Shown here: one piece after another, positions 1 through 9,922 of the stretch
Layout: each line of letters begins with the position of its first letter
How positions within the stretch are numbered: the stretch's first letter is position 1
From: Demequinaceae bacterium
GTDB taxonomy: Bacteria; Actinomycetota; Actinomycetes; Actinomycetales; Demequinaceae
DNA length: 32,000 nucleotides
Direction: 5' to 3'
NCBI GenBank assembly: GCA_965250005.1
Contig: OZ252279.1
Span: 960,001-992,000 of the forward strand
Position numbers and translations under genes: made by a program
The notes under the pieces: model-generated
Database searches by the model: none
What the model was told of the DNA's origin: nothing
What the model saw: the letters and a program-made list of their open reading frames with translations, nothing else

Positions 1-45
1 GCAAGAGCGGGTGGCTTACGTGCACCGATGAGATAAGGTTGCATC

Positions 46-1245
46 ATGAACGACATAAGCCGATCCAATACTCTGGGCAAGGCGGCAGACACCGACCTGT
101 TTCAGATTCTCCGGGACGGCGCGCCCCGTACCCGAAGCGAACTCGCTGGCCTCACAGGCCTGGCGCGATCCACGGTCGCTATGCGCGTGGACTCCCTGAT
201 CAAACTTGGGCTCGTCAGTCCGGTGGGAGATGCGATCTCGACTGGAGGCCGCCCATCCAGCCAGATCGCCCTCAATTCCGCATCGCGCGTGGTGCTCGGT
301 GTGGATGTTGGTGCCTCGCACGCGCGGATTGCGATGAGCGACCTCGCCGGCAACATTCTCGACCGCCGGAGCGTCGAGATGTCCGTAGCCGAAGGCCCCG
401 AGCCCATCCTCGATTGGGTGATCGCCGCTGGCCGCGAACTCCTTGACCAACTACACGATCGCGCCGAGCACCTGCTCGCCATTGGCGTGGGACTGCCCGG
501 CCCGGTCGAGCACTCGACGGGGCTGCCAATCGACCCGCCGATCATGCCAGGGTGGGACCGCTACGACGTGCCCCGCAAACTCGGCGCCGAGTTTGACGTT
601 CCGGTGCTGGTAGACAACGACGTCAACCTCATGGCGCTGGGCGAAAGGGCAATGAACTGGCCTGACGTCGACCACTTCGTCTACGTCAAAGTAGCCACCG
701 GCATCGGCTCGGGCGTCATTTCGGGCGGGTACCTGCAACGCGGCGCCCAGGGAATCGCTGGCGACATCGGCCACGTATATGTTGCTCGCGGAAGGGACGT
801 CGCGTGCCGATGCGGCAACCGTGGCTGCCTTGAGGCAGTGTCCGCCGGGCCGGCGATCGCCAAGCAACTGCGCGAGGCCGGCCTCGACGTTGAAACCAGC
901 CAGGACATCGTCAACCTAGTGCGGGCAGGGAACACCGAAGCTATTCAGGCAGTCCGCGAGGCGGGTCGGAGCCTAGGCGAGGTCCTCACCGCTTGCGTCA
1001 GCCTCATCAACCCCGCCGTGATTGTGTTAGGCGGCTCAATGGCACAAGCCGGAGAACACCTGCTGGCAGGCGCGCGCGAGGTCGTCTACGCGCGGTCGAT
1101 GCCGCTCTCCACCGGAAACCTACAGATCGCGCAATCGCGGTCCGGCGGTGACTCCGCCCTGCTAGGCGCGAGCATGCTCGCCCTCCACCACGCGCTGTCC
1201 CCCGAGCGCGTCGATTCGTTGCTCACGGGCTTCGTCGCCCGCTAG
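46..1245 (+). CDS. ROK-family transcriptional regulator (NagC/XylR-like)
   Basis: 399-aa ORF with ATG at 46. N-terminal winged-HTH segment (LFQILRDGAPRTRSELAGLTGLARSTVAMRVDSL). Sugar-kinase-fold glycine motif VLGVDVGASHARIAM. ROK Zn-cysteine motif CRCGNRGCLE. Confidence 0.85.
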   Translation: MNDISRSNTLGKAADTDLFQILRDGAPRTRSELAGLTGLARSTVAMRVDSLIKLGLVSPVGDAISTGGRPSSQIALNSASRVVLGVDVGASHARIAMSDLAGNILDRRSVEMSVAEGPEPILDWVIAAGRELLDQLHDRAEHLLAIGVGLPGPVEHSTGLPIDPPIMPGWDRYDVPRKLGAEFDVPVLVDNDVNLMALGERAMNWPDVDHFVYVKVATGIGSGVISGGYLQRGAQGIAGDIGHVYVARGRDVACRCGNRGCLEAVSAGPAIAKQLREAGLDVETSQDIVNLVRAGNTEAIQAVREAGRSLGEVLTACVSLINPAVIVLGGSMAQAGEHLLAGAREVVYARSMPLSTGNLQIAQSRSGGDSALLGASMLALHHALSPERVDSLLTGFVAR

Positions 1246-2155
1246 GGCTCGGCTCCACCCACCAGACACAACACTGAGGCCCGCTGCGCGAATACTCGCG
1301 CGGTGCGGGCCTCAGTGACGCGGCGTCGAACGCAAGTCGACAGGCGAATTCGAGCGCCTCAGGTACTCCCACAAGGCGGTCCATGCCCACGTCCGCCCAT
1401 TCGATGGGTATGGGACCGGCATAGCCGATTTGGTTGAGCATCCGGAACGCATCCTCCCATGGCACGTCACCGTGACCCGTGGAGATGAAGTCCCAGCTGC
1501 GGTTGCCGTCGGCCCACGCGAGGTGCGACCCGAGCCAGCCGTTGCGACCGTTGTTCATGCGCTTGCGAGTGTCCTTGCAGTCCACGTGATAGATGCGGTC
1601 CTTGAAGTCCCACAAGAAACCCACGGAGTCGAGGTCCTGCCACACCATGTGGCTCGGGTCCCAGTTGAAACCGAACGCCTCACGGTGGCCGATGACTTCG
1701 AGGGCTCGGACAGTGGTCCAGTAGTCGTACGCGATCTCGCTGGGGTGAACCCCATGAGCAAATCTCACGCCGACTTCGTCGTAAACGTCGAGGATGGGGT
1801 TCCACCCGTCGGCGAAATCCTGGTACCCCGCGTCAATGACCTCTTGTGAGACCGGCGGGAACATCGCCACGTACTTCCAAATGGCCGAGCCGGTGAATCC
1901 GATCACCACGTCGACGCCCAGCTCGCAGCCGCGCGCAAGGTGACCGTGGCGCCATTCACCACGTTTGCCGACTGGGCCCGCATGAACATGCCCCCGGCTA
2001 GCTAGGCGACGCCGGTCGGGTGCGCGGCGCGGCAACCGAGCGCCACCACATCGTCTATTGTCCGGCTCGCGGCGAAACGGCTCGGCTAGGTTGCGTCGGT
2101 AACGGGAGCGGCAGTGGCGCCAGGCACCCGCCCGGCGGTGAGCACCGCCCGCCAC
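1223..2155 (-). pseudogene. Sugar phosphate isomerase/epimerase (xylose-isomerase-like TIM barrel), apparently a 5'-truncated, decayed remnant
   Basis: Recognisable family sequence runs only from about LGVDVVIGFTGSAIW to RLAFDAAS (about 1310-1935): NWDPSHMVWQ, RIYHVDCKD, GHGDVPWED. The first 75 or so codons of the ORF are Arg-rich junk and overlap the thrB 3' end (2086-2155). The only in-frame ATG outside that overlap lies deep inside the recognisable sequence; an in-frame TTG at 2035 lies just downstream of thrB, in the junk region. The reading frame also runs through the 1274-1315 hairpin with no stop at the expected ...FDAA end. Confidence 0.6.
1274..1315. terminator. Long GC-rich stem-loop between convergent genes (possible bidirectional terminator)
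   Basis: ctgaggcccgc(1274-1284) pairs with gcgggcctcag(1305-1315). An inner gcgcga/tcgcgc stem surrounds an atac loop, giving about 17 bp in total. There is no clean U-tract; the minus-strand side is followed by a U/G-rich tgttgtgt. Confidence 0.5.
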
Positions 2156-3024
2156 TTCTCGTCGCCCACGCCGTCAGCCCACGCAAGATCGCCCGTGGCG
2201 AGGCCCACGTTGGCAAGGCTCTCCCCGATGACCAAAACTGAAGGGCCAGCCCCCGAAACCACAGCGGCCAGCCCCTTGTCGCGCAGTGTGCACATCATCT
2301 CGATGGACGCCATCATCTGCGGCGCCCGGTAATCCTGATGGAGCATGTCCGCGGTCGCGTCAAACAGCAGCTCGGGGCGGCCAGCGAGCGCGTGGACTAG
2401 CAGGGCCGCGCGCGACAGGTTGAACGCGGCGTGCTTGTGGGGCACTTCCGTTGGCAACGCGGCCCGGGCCTCGACCGTGGGCAGCACGCCACGCGGAATG
2501 AGCACTGCAGTCTCGATTCCGTCGGCCACGCTGAGCGCAGTCGCGTGCGCGCCGGTCTCGCCCATCCAGCAGACGGTAGCGCCGCCGTAGATGGCTGGCG
2601 CAGCGTTGTCGGGGTGTCCCTCGATGCGCGTAGCGATTCGCAGGGTCACCTCTGGCGAGAGCGCGTCCGGGTCGGCGATCATCGCGCGCGCGGCCGTTAC
2701 CGCTGCGACGATGGTCGCGGCTGAACTCCCCAGCCCGCGACTCTGTGGAATGGAGTTGTTGGCCTTGATGTGAAGCCCAGTCTGCGGGCCGTCCACCTCA
2801 TCCAAGGCCGCGCGAAACGCGCGCACGAACAGATGGGACTCGTCTGTTGGGACCTTTCCCGCGCCCTCCCCCTCGACCTCAATCTCAACTCCCTCCGACG
2901 CGATCGCGCGCACCTCGATCTGGTCAAACACGCCGAGCGCCATGCCAAGCGAGTCGAAGCCAGGGCCCAGGTTGCCCGCGCTCGCGGGGACGGTGACGCG
3001 GACGTGGTCGGCAGCCAGCCTCAT
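2086..3024 (-). CDS. thrB: Homoserine kinase
   Basis: 312 aa from the ATG at 3024 ([27 protein letters not shown]). GHMP-kinase motif [19 protein letters not shown] overlap with the thrC stop (3021-3024). The 39 upstream codons in the ORF track are a spurious extension into thrC. Confidence 0.9.
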   Translation of the reverse strand: MRLAADHVRVTVPASAGNLGPGFDSLGMALGVFDQIEVRAIASEGVEIEVEGEGAGKVPTDESHLFVRAFRAALDEVDGPQTGLHIKANNSIPQSRGLGSSAATIVAAVTAARAMIADPDALSPEVTLRIATRIEGHPDNAAPAIYGGATVCWMGETGAHATALSVADGIETAVLIPRGVLPTVEARAALPTEVPHKHAAFNLSRAALLVHALAGRPELLFDATADMLHQDYRAPQMMASIEMMCTLRDKGLAAVVSGAGPSVLVIGESLANVGLATGDLAWADGVGDEKWRAVLTAGRVPGATAAPVTDAT

Positions 3025-4082
3025 GCGAGCCCCAGAGCCTCGGCTGCCGCTGCGATGTCGACGGGAATGACGGTGGGATCCAGGTGGCGGCCGATCAGCG
3101 CGGTGTCGGTGTCCTTGAGCCCGTTGCCGGTCACGGTGCACGTCACGATCGAGCCCACGGGAACGTCGCCAGCATCGGATGCGGCAATGAGACCGGCGAC
3201 GGAGGCCGCGCTAGCGGGCTCCACGAACACACCAACCTCGGCGGCGATGAGCGCCTGCGCGTTCAGAATCTGCTGGTCGCTCACGGCGCGAATCCAACCG
3301 CCCGACTCGTCGCGCGCGGCGACGGCTAGGTCCCACGAGGCTGGGTTGCCGATGCGGATGGCGGTAGCGATGGTCTCGGGCTCCTTAACAGGCTCGCCCT
3401 CGACAAACGGCGCCGCGCCTTCGGCCTGCACGCCCCACATCTTGGGCGTCCGTGTGGCGGGGCCCTTAGCCGCGTACTCCTGGTAGCCCATCCAGTAAGC
3501 GCTGATGTTGCCGGCGTTGCCCACCGGCAGCACGTGAATGTCGGGAGCGTCGCCCAACTGGTCCACGATCTCGAACGCGGCCGTCTTTTGCCCTTGGAGC
3601 CGGAACGGGTTGATCGAGTTGACCATGGCGACGGGGTACGTCTCGCCTAGGGTCCGGACAATGTCGAGGCAGTCGTCAAAGTTGCCGTCGACGGCGATGA
3701 GCGTGGCGCCGTGGACAATCGCCTGGGTCATCTTGCCCGCTGCGATCTTGCCCTCGGGCAGCACAACGGCGCACGCGAGCCCGGCCGCGGCGGCATAGGC
3801 GGACGCACTGGCAGAAGTATTGCCGGTGGACGCGCACACCACGGTAGAAGCGCCCTCGGCCACGACCTTAGAGATCGCCGACGTCATGCCGCGGTCCTTG
3901 AACGATCCGGTCGGGTTGGCCCCCTCAACCTTGAGGTAAACGTCCGCGCCCGTACGCTTTGACAGCGCATCGGCGGCGACCAACGGCGTTCCGCCTTCGC
4001 CAAGCGTGACCACCGGGTCGCCGTCGGCAAAGGGCAGGAATTCTTGGTACTCGCGGACGACTCCGCGCCATGGCTGGGCCAT
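3021..4082 (-). CDS. thrC: Threonine synthase
   Basis: 353 aa with the PLP-lysine motif [12 protein letters not shown]. Positioned between hom and thrB. Its start ATG shares 1 nt with the hom stop (TGATG at 4080-4084). Confidence 0.93.
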   Translation of the reverse strand: MAQPWRGVVREYQEFLPFADGDPVVTLGEGGTPLVAADALSKRTGADVYLKVEGANPTGSFKDRGMTSAISKVVAEGASTVVCASTGNTSASASAYAAAAGLACAVVLPEGKIAAGKMTQAIVHGATLIAVDGNFDDCLDIVRTLGETYPVAMVNSINPFRLQGQKTAAFEIVDQLGDAPDIHVLPVGNAGNISAYWMGYQEYAAKGPATRTPKMWGVQAEGAAPFVEGEPVKEPETIATAIRIGNPASWDLAVAARDESGGWIRAVSDQQILNAQALIAAEVGVFVEPASAASVAGLIAASDAGDVPVGSIVTCTVTGNGLKDTDTALIGRHLDPTVIPVDIAAAAEALGLA

Positions 4083-5377
4083 CAGGCTCCCTCAATCCTC
4101 AGAACCGACACCACGGCGTTGACGGCATCGGCGCCGCGAATCTCTGCGACCGTGGCGTCCAGGTCTGACTCGACCGCCTCGTGCGTAGAGATAATCAGTT
4201 GAGCGTTGCCCACACCGTACGGGCTGGGCGGCTGTCGCACAGACTCGATCGAGACGTCATGACTTCCCAGGATGGTCGCGACCTGTGCGAGCACGCCCGG
4301 CTTGTCGGCGACGTCGAGCCGGATTTGATAGCGGGTACGCGTCGCGCCGATGGGCAGCACCGGCACCTCGACGTAGTTGGATTCGCTAGGACCCTTGCCG
4401 CCTATTGCGCGGTGACGCGCGGCCGAGACGATGTCCCCGAGCACCGCGGACGCCGTGGGCGCTCCCCCGGCCCCCTGGCCATAGAACATGAGCTCGCCGG
4501 CGGCCTCCGCCTCAATGAAGACGGCGTTGAACGCGCCGCGCACGCCCGCGAGCGGGTGGTCGAGGGATACCAGCGCGGGATGCACGCGCACTGCCACGCC
4601 GGCGTCGGTGCGCTCGGCGACCGCGAGCAGCTTGAGGACATGACCCGATTCGGTTGCGGCCGCGACGTCGTCTGCAGTAATCCCGGAGATTCCCTCCCGG
4701 TGCACGTCCTCGAGGCGCACGCGCATGTGGAAGGCCAGGCTCGCGAGGATCGCGGCTTTGGCGGCCGCATCGTAGCCCTCGACGTCTGCCGTGGGGTCGG
4801 CCTCTGCGTAACCCAGGCGTTGCGCCTCGGCAAGCGCGTCGGCATAAGCCAGTCCGTTCGACGTCATCTGGTCGAGCATGTAGTTCGTGGTGCCGTTGAC
4901 GATGCCGAGGATTCGCTTGACGGTGTCCCCCGCGAGGCTCTCCCGCACGGGACGGACCAGCGGGATGGCGCCCGCCACGGCTGCCTCGAAGTAGAGGTCC
5001 ACGCCGGCGGCGTCGGCCGCCTCATAGAGCTCCGGGCCAAACTCGGCGAGCAGCGCCTTGTTGGCGGTCACCACCGCCGCACCGGCCTTGATCGCATCAA
5101 GGATCAGACCGCGGGCCGGTTCGATGCCGCCCATGGTCTCCACCACGAGGTCGGCGCCCTTGATCGCGGCAGCCGCGTCATCCGTGAAGAGCTCCTTGGG
5201 CAGCTCTGCATCGCGGGGCGCTCGAGGGTTGCGCACCAGGATCGCTTGAATGTCAAGGGTCGCGCCGATGCGCTGCGCCAGATCGTCCTTCTGCTCGATC
5301 AGCAGGCGGGCAACTTGGGCGCCCACGGTCCCACACCCGAGCAGGGCGATCTTGACGGAGGGCGAGGGGCTAGACAC
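4082..5377 (-). CDS. hom: Homoserine dehydrogenase
   Basis: 431 aa. N-terminal Rossmann motif [14 protein letters not shown], a central homoserine-DH catalytic region, and a C-terminal ACT-like region ([20 protein letters not shown]). Confidence 0.92.
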   Translation of the reverse strand: MSSPSPSVKIALLGCGTVGAQVARLLIEQKDDLAQRIGATLDIQAILVRNPRAPRDAELPKELFTDDAAAAIKGADLVVETMGGIEPARGLILDAIKAGAAVVTANKALLAEFGPELYEAADAAGVDLYFEAAVAGAIPLVRPVRESLAGDTVKRILGIVNGTTNYMLDQMTSNGLAYADALAEAQRLGYAEADPTADVEGYDAAAKAAILASLAFHMRVRLEDVHREGISGITADDVAAATESGHVLKLLAVAERTDAGVAVRVHPALVSLDHPLAGVRGAFNAVFIEAEAAGELMFYGQGAGGAPTASAVLGDIVSAARHRAIGGKGPSESNYVEVPVLPIGATRTRYQIRLDVADKPGVLAQVATILGSHDVSIESVRQPPSPYGVGNAQLIISTHEAVESDLDATVAEIRGADAVNAVVSVLRIEGA

Positions 5378-5932
5378 GGCACCAACTCTATCGGTTGTGG
5401 TGGGCCCAGATCATGTGTTCACGGAGGCGGTCCCTGGACCGGAGCGCGGCCGCTCCTGCAGCGCGTCTTCAGACCTCGCCGAGCACACTGAATACGACGG
5501 CAGACACCGCCGATCCCAGGCCAATCACGGTCCACTCGTCGATCGACAAACCCGCGTGGCCCTCTTTCAGCGCGCGAGAACCCGCGCAACGTGCTTCGAT
5601 CAAGGTACGGGTTCGGCACATTTCCCTGCAAGGTGTGCCGAACCCGCACCTCAATCAGCCGTTCCAGTGAGCGGCGTCGCGGGCGGGCGTGGTCACGTTG
5701 ATCAAATAATTCTTGGGCCTCGTGGCGGACCCTCAACTCTGGTTCAACCCTCCCAGATGGGCCCCGCGGCCACATCGGCCCCGGTAATGAACTCGATCAT
5801 CCCCCCGGATGATCACGCGCACAGCCGCCTCATCCGCTAAGACGCGCCCGTGCGAATGCCGCACCAACCTGCGGTTAAGTTGCCGTACGCGTAGGCTCAA
5901 GGTCAGGGAACAGGGCAACGGAGAGGCGTGAC

Positions 5933-6484
5933 ATGGCGGACGGGCCAGCCAATGTGCTGTGCGTATGCACGGGAAATGTTTGCCGCTCCCCGGCGATCGA
6001 ACTCTCCCTCAAACGCGCGTGGGGCACCGATGCCTCCGTAACCTCGGCTGGCACCTACGCGCTGACGGGCTGGGAGATTTCGGACGACATGTTCGCTGTG
6101 CTCGCCGCTGTGGGCCTCGACGGCACCGAGCATGAACCCCGCCAACTTGATGTCGCGGGCATAAACTCTGCGGACATGATCATCGTCGCCGGTGTCGACC
6201 ACCGAAACTGGATCGTTCAGCGGGTTCCGGAGGCCGCACAGAAGGTGTTCCTGCTTACCGAGATGGCGGCGCTCACCGATGTGGTGCCGCGCGCAAAGCA
6301 ACCCACGCGCCTTGAGCGCATCGCTGGTGCCGCTGCCCTCTTCGCTTCCGCGCGGTCAGCATTTGCCGACCGCAAGCATGAGGACATCCTCGATCCGTAC
6401 GACATGAGCCGAAACCACCACGAGCAGTCCATGCGCCAGATGAGCGACGCGCTGAGCCCGCTGGTGACCTGGATAGGGCAATAG
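5933..6484 (+). CDS. Low-molecular-weight protein tyrosine phosphatase (PtpA/arsenate-reductase fold)
   Basis: 183 aa. C-X5-R-S P-loop in VLCVCTGNVCRSP and a DP general-acid loop in ILDPYD. SD GGAGAGG lies 6 nt upstream of the ATG. Confidence 0.85.
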   Translation: MADGPANVLCVCTGNVCRSPAIELSLKRAWGTDASVTSAGTYALTGWEISDDMFAVLAAVGLDGTEHEPRQLDVAGINSADMIIVAGVDHRNWIVQRVPEAAQKVFLLTEMAALTDVVPRAKQPTRLERIAGAAALFASARSAFADRKHEDILDPYDMSRNHHEQSMRQMSDALSPLVTWIGQ

Positions 6485-6527
6485 CGCGCAATGTGACGGG
6501 TGACGCGATGAAGCCCAAACTGTCAGG

Positions 6528-6704
6528 CTACTTCGACCGCAGTGCGTCTCCGTCAAGCGAGGTGATTTCGGGGACGAACGTTTCCTCTCCAACGTCTTGT
6601 GTATGCCACGTGGCGCCATCCGCAACCGCTTTATCAGCGAGTGCCTTGAGCGCCTCCGTATTGGCGTGAATTTCGCTACTGCTCTTCTTTGCGAGGCGTG
6701 CCAT
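6528..6704 (-). CDS. Hypothetical small protein (58 aa), below the ORF-track length cut-off
   Basis: ATG at 6704 is preceded by GAGGAAGAGG, with 7 nt (CAAAACA) between it and the ATG. Translation is MARLAKKSSSEIHANTEALKALADKAVADGATWHTQDVGEETFVPEITSLDGDALRSK, with a TAG stop at 6528-6530. GC3 is about 62%, lower than neighbouring genes. I recognise no family. Confidence 0.45.
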   Translation of the reverse strand: MARLAKKSSSEIHANTEALKALADKAVADGATWHTQDVGEETFVPEITSLDGDALRSK

Positions 6705-6881
6705 TGTTTTGCCTCTTCCTCAACTATGTGATTCAGGCACCGGGTTAGCACCCACCACCATTTTCGCACTCGGTTGGGCGAAAATCCATGGCCTCAGAGT
6801 GAGATCGAACACCCATTACATTCGGACGGGTCGCGCCAGGATATGCGCGTTCCTTTCGTCATTGGCACTAGAACGCTCCGA

Positions 6882-8228
6882 TTACGGCGCAACATCCCAT
6901 GCGAGGAGGTCCTCAAGTGTGTCGCGGCGCACAAGTGTGTGCGCCAACCCGTCGCGGACGCCCACGACAGCCGGGCGAAGCAGCGCATTGTAGTTGTTGG
7001 CCATCGCCCGCCCGTACGCGCCGGTGGCGGCTACCGCGACCAGATCTCCACGCCTCACGTCGCCTGGTAGTTCGACGTTGCGCACTACGATATCGCCGGA
7101 CTCGCAGTGCTTTCCGACAACGCGAGAGAGCACGCTGGGGTCGTCAGAGTCGCGCGAGGCTAGCGCCGCGGAGTACTCGGCTCCGTAGGCAACCGGCCGC
7201 ATATTGTCGCTCATGCCGCCGTCCACCGCAACGTAGCGCCGCTCTCCGCCATCATCAAGGGTCACAGCTTTCGTCACGCCGACGCTATAGACAGTCAATC
7301 CTGCTGGCCCAGCAATCGCGCGCCCCGGTTCGATCGAGAACACAGGCCAAGTACCACCCACGGTCTCCATTGCCGCCGCCACGGCTGCGGCGATACCCGT
7401 AGCCGCTTGCTCAATCGGTAGCGCCTCGGTTTCGTCCGTGTAGGCAATCGCGTAACCGCCACCCAAGTCAACTTCGGGCAAACGCACCCCAGCTGCCTTC
7501 GCGAATTGGGACCGCAAGTGCAGCATGCGCTCGGCGCTCTCTTGGAACGCTTCGATCGACAAGATTTGCGAGCCGATATGTGTGTGGATGCCGAGCAGGT
7601 TGAGTGCGGGCGCGTTGTGACAGGCGTGCAGCGCCTCGAGCGCGGCGCCGGCCGCGAGCGAGAGCCCGAACTTCTGGTCTTCGTGAGCCGTAGCGATGAA
7701 CTCGTGCCCGCCGGCGTGGACACCCGTGGTTACGCGCACCATCACCGGCGCGACGGTGCCGAGCTCTGCGGCGAGCGCCGACAGCACCTCGATCTCCGTC
7801 ATCGAGTCGACGACGATCCGGCCGATTCCCAACTCAAGCGCGCGCATGAGCTCGGCGTCCGACTTGTTGTTGCCGTGCATCGCAATCCGCTCGGGTGGCA
7901 TCCCTCCGCGCAGCGCGATTTCGAGTTCCCCGCCGGAGGCGACGTCGAGGCTCAGCCCGTCCTCGGCCATCCAGGACGCCACTTGAGAGCACAGGAAAGC
8001 CTTGCCCGCGTAGAACACCTCGCAGTCCGCGCCGTGCGCTCCGAAGGCCGCGCCAAAGTACTTGCGAAACGCGACCGCCCTCGCGCGCAGGTCCTGCTCA
8101 TCAACCACGTACAACGGCGTGCCGTATTCGCTCGCCAACGCCCGGACATCGCAGCCGCCAACGGTGATCGCACCGTCAACGAGCCGGCCGGCGTTCGCGG
8201 GCCACACGGATGAGAGCTGGGAGGTCAT
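6882..8228 (-). CDS. lysA: Diaminopimelate decarboxylase
   Basis: 448 aa from the ATG at 8228 (SD GAGAGGA); the argS stop lies 2 nt upstream. Motifs: YAGKAF (PLP-Lys region), DLGGGYAIAY, EPGRAIAG, CESGD. The 27-codon upstream extension in the ORF track overlaps argS and was rejected. Confidence 0.92.
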   Translation of the reverse strand: MTSQLSSVWPANAGRLVDGAITVGGCDVRALASEYGTPLYVVDEQDLRARAVAFRKYFGAAFGAHGADCEVFYAGKAFLCSQVASWMAEDGLSLDVASGGELEIALRGGMPPERIAMHGNNKSDAELMRALELGIGRIVVDSMTEIEVLSALAAELGTVAPVMVRVTTGVHAGGHEFIATAHEDQKFGLSLAAGAALEALHACHNAPALNLLGIHTHIGSQILSIEAFQESAERMLHLRSQFAKAAGVRLPEVDLGGGYAIAYTDETEALPIEQAATGIAAAVAAAMETVGGTWPVFSIEPGRAIAGPAGLTVYSVGVTKAVTLDDGGERRYVAVDGGMSDNMRPVAYGAEYSAALASRDSDDPSVLSRVVGKHCESGDIVVRNVELPGDVRRGDLVAVAATGAYGRAMANNYNALLRPAVVGVRDGLAHTLVRRDTLEDLLAWDVAP

Positions 8229-8230
8229 GG

Positions 8231-9913
8231 CTACATCCTCTCTGGTGCGCTCACGCCCAACAAGTGCAATCCAGTCGCAAGTACCTGGCGCGTAGCGTCG
8301 TTCAGCCACAGGCGGGTGCGGTGTGTGTCGGTTAGCTCTTCGTCGCCCAGTGGCGTGACCCGGCAGCGGTCGTACCAGCCGTGGAATGCCGACGCGACCG
8401 CTTCGATGTAGCGGGCGATGCGGTGTTGCTCACGATACTCGACCGCCTGGGTGACGAGCCGCGGAAACTCGCCAAGCAACCCGAGCAGTGCCGTCTCTGC
8501 CTCGTGCGTAAGCGTCGATGGATCAAAGCCATCCTCGCGCGAAATGCCGTACTCAGCGGCCCGCACCGCGACATTGGTCGCGCGCGCGTGCGCGTACTGG
8601 ACATAGAAGACGGGATTCGCGTTGGTTGAGGACGACAGCGCGTCAAGGTCTACGTCCAGCGTGCTGTCGGCGCTAGAACGCGCGAGTGCGTAGCGGGCAG
8701 CATCCACGCCTACGGCGTCCACGAGGTCCTCCATCGTCACGACGTTTCCGGCGCGTTTGGACATCCGCACCGGCTTGCCGTCCTTCACGAGCGAAACGAG
8801 CTGCCCGATAATCACCTCGACGCCATCGGGGTCGTAACCGAGCGCCGCGGCAGCGGCCTTGAGGCGCGCGATGTAGCCGTGATGGTCGGCGCCGAGTAGG
8901 TAGATCGCTAGGTCTGCGCCGCGTTCGTGCTTGTCGCGGATGTACGCGATGTCTCCAGCGATGTACGCGGGCTTGCCGTCAGATTTGACGACAACGCGGT
9001 CCTTCTCATCGCCCTGATCCGTGGTGCGCAGCCACCAGGCATCGTCGGCTTCGTAGAGAGCCCCCGAGGCCTTAAGCTCGGTAAGAGCGCGCTCGACCTT
9101 GCCTGACTGGTGCAGCGAGTCCTCGTGAAAGTAGACGTCAAAGTCCACGCCAAAATCGTGCAGGGACTGCTTGATCTCCTGAAACATCAGCTCCACACCG
9201 CGTGCGCGGAACGCCTCTTGGGCTTCGGCGTGGGGAAGTGTCAGCGGGTCTGGATCGCCATCGGCTCTGGCCCCCGCGAGCACGTTGTGTGCAATGTCCT
9301 CAATGTACTGGCCGCCGTAGCCGCCCTCGGGCGCCTCCTGGCCCCTGGCGCGCGCCAGCAGCGACAGCGCGAAGCGGTCGATCTGGCCGCCGTGGTCATT
9401 GAAGTAGTACTCGCGGATCACCTTGGCGCCGTGAAACTCCAGCAGCCGCGCGATGCTGTCCCCCACTGCCGCCCAGCGCGTTCCGCCCAGGTGAATGGGC
9501 CCCGTGGGGTTGGCGCTGACAAACTCGATATTCACCGTGGTCCCGGACAGCGAGTCCCCGCGTCCGTACGCAACCCCGGCATCGACGATGCTGCGTGCGA
9601 GCTCCCCCGCGGCGCCGGCCGCGAGGCGAATGTTAATGAAGCCCGGTCCTGCCACCTCGGCAGAGTCGATTCCCTCTTGATCGGCAAGGTAGGCGACGAG
9701 AACCTCCGCGAGCGCGCGCGGATTCATCCCGACCTTCTTAGCGACCTGCATCGCGACGTTTGTCGACCAGTCGCCGTGCGCGCGGTCGCGCGGGCGCTCG
9801 ACCGTGGGGGCAACGTCGGCAGCGTTGAAGTCGTCGGCGTCGGTGAACTTGCCAGCTTCTTCGGCGGACGTGAGGCAGACGCGGATGAGGTGTGCGAGTT
9901 CTTCGGGGGTCAC
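8231..9913 (-). CDS. argS: Arginine--tRNA ligase
   Basis: 560 aa with a GTG start at 9913. Class-I HIGH-type motif in [19 protein letters not shown]-like motif in VRMSKRAGN, and a C-terminal DALR-type anticodon-binding region. Confidence 0.93.
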   Translation of the reverse strand: MTPEELAHLIRVCLTSAEEAGKFTDADDFNAADVAPTVERPRDRAHGDWSTNVAMQVAKKVGMNPRALAEVLVAYLADQEGIDSAEVAGPGFINIRLAAGAAGELARSIVDAGVAYGRGDSLSGTTVNIEFVSANPTGPIHLGGTRWAAVGDSIARLLEFHGAKVIREYYFNDHGGQIDRFALSLLARARGQEAPEGGYGGQYIEDIAHNVLAGARADGDPDPLTLPHAEAQEAFRARGVELMFQEIKQSLHDFGVDFDVYFHEDSLHQSGKVERALTELKASGALYEADDAWWLRTTDQGDEKDRVVVKSDGKPAYIAGDIAYIRDKHERGADLAIYLLGADHHGYIARLKAAAAALGYDPDGVEVIIGQLVSLVKDGKPVRMSKRAGNVVTMEDLVDAVGVDAARYALARSSADSTLDVDLDALSSSTNANPVFYVQYAHARATNVAVRAAEYGISREDGFDPSTLTHEAETALLGLLGEFPRLVTQAVEYREQHRIARYIEAVASAFHGWYDRCRVTPLGDEELTDTHRTRLWLNDATRQVLATGLHLLGVSAPERM

Positions 9914-9922
9914 CGGGCGATT

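Noticed and set aside
3025-3141. N-terminal extensions in the track ORFs for thrB (to 3141), lysA (to 8309), the M15 peptidase (to 15536), the DUF2807 lipoprotein (from 13559), DoxX (from 24722) and the HTH gene (from 31310)
   Set aside because: The extensions overlap the upstream genes or are Arg-rich junk. Internal starts with SD sequences, start/stop coupling or signal peptides fit much better.
4181-5491. 436-aa plus-strand ORF covering almost all of hom on the opposite strand
   Set aside because: It is an antisense shadow ORF of a high-GC gene. The translation is Arg/Gly/His-rich with no motifs, whereas the minus-strand frame gives a textbook homoserine dehydrogenase.
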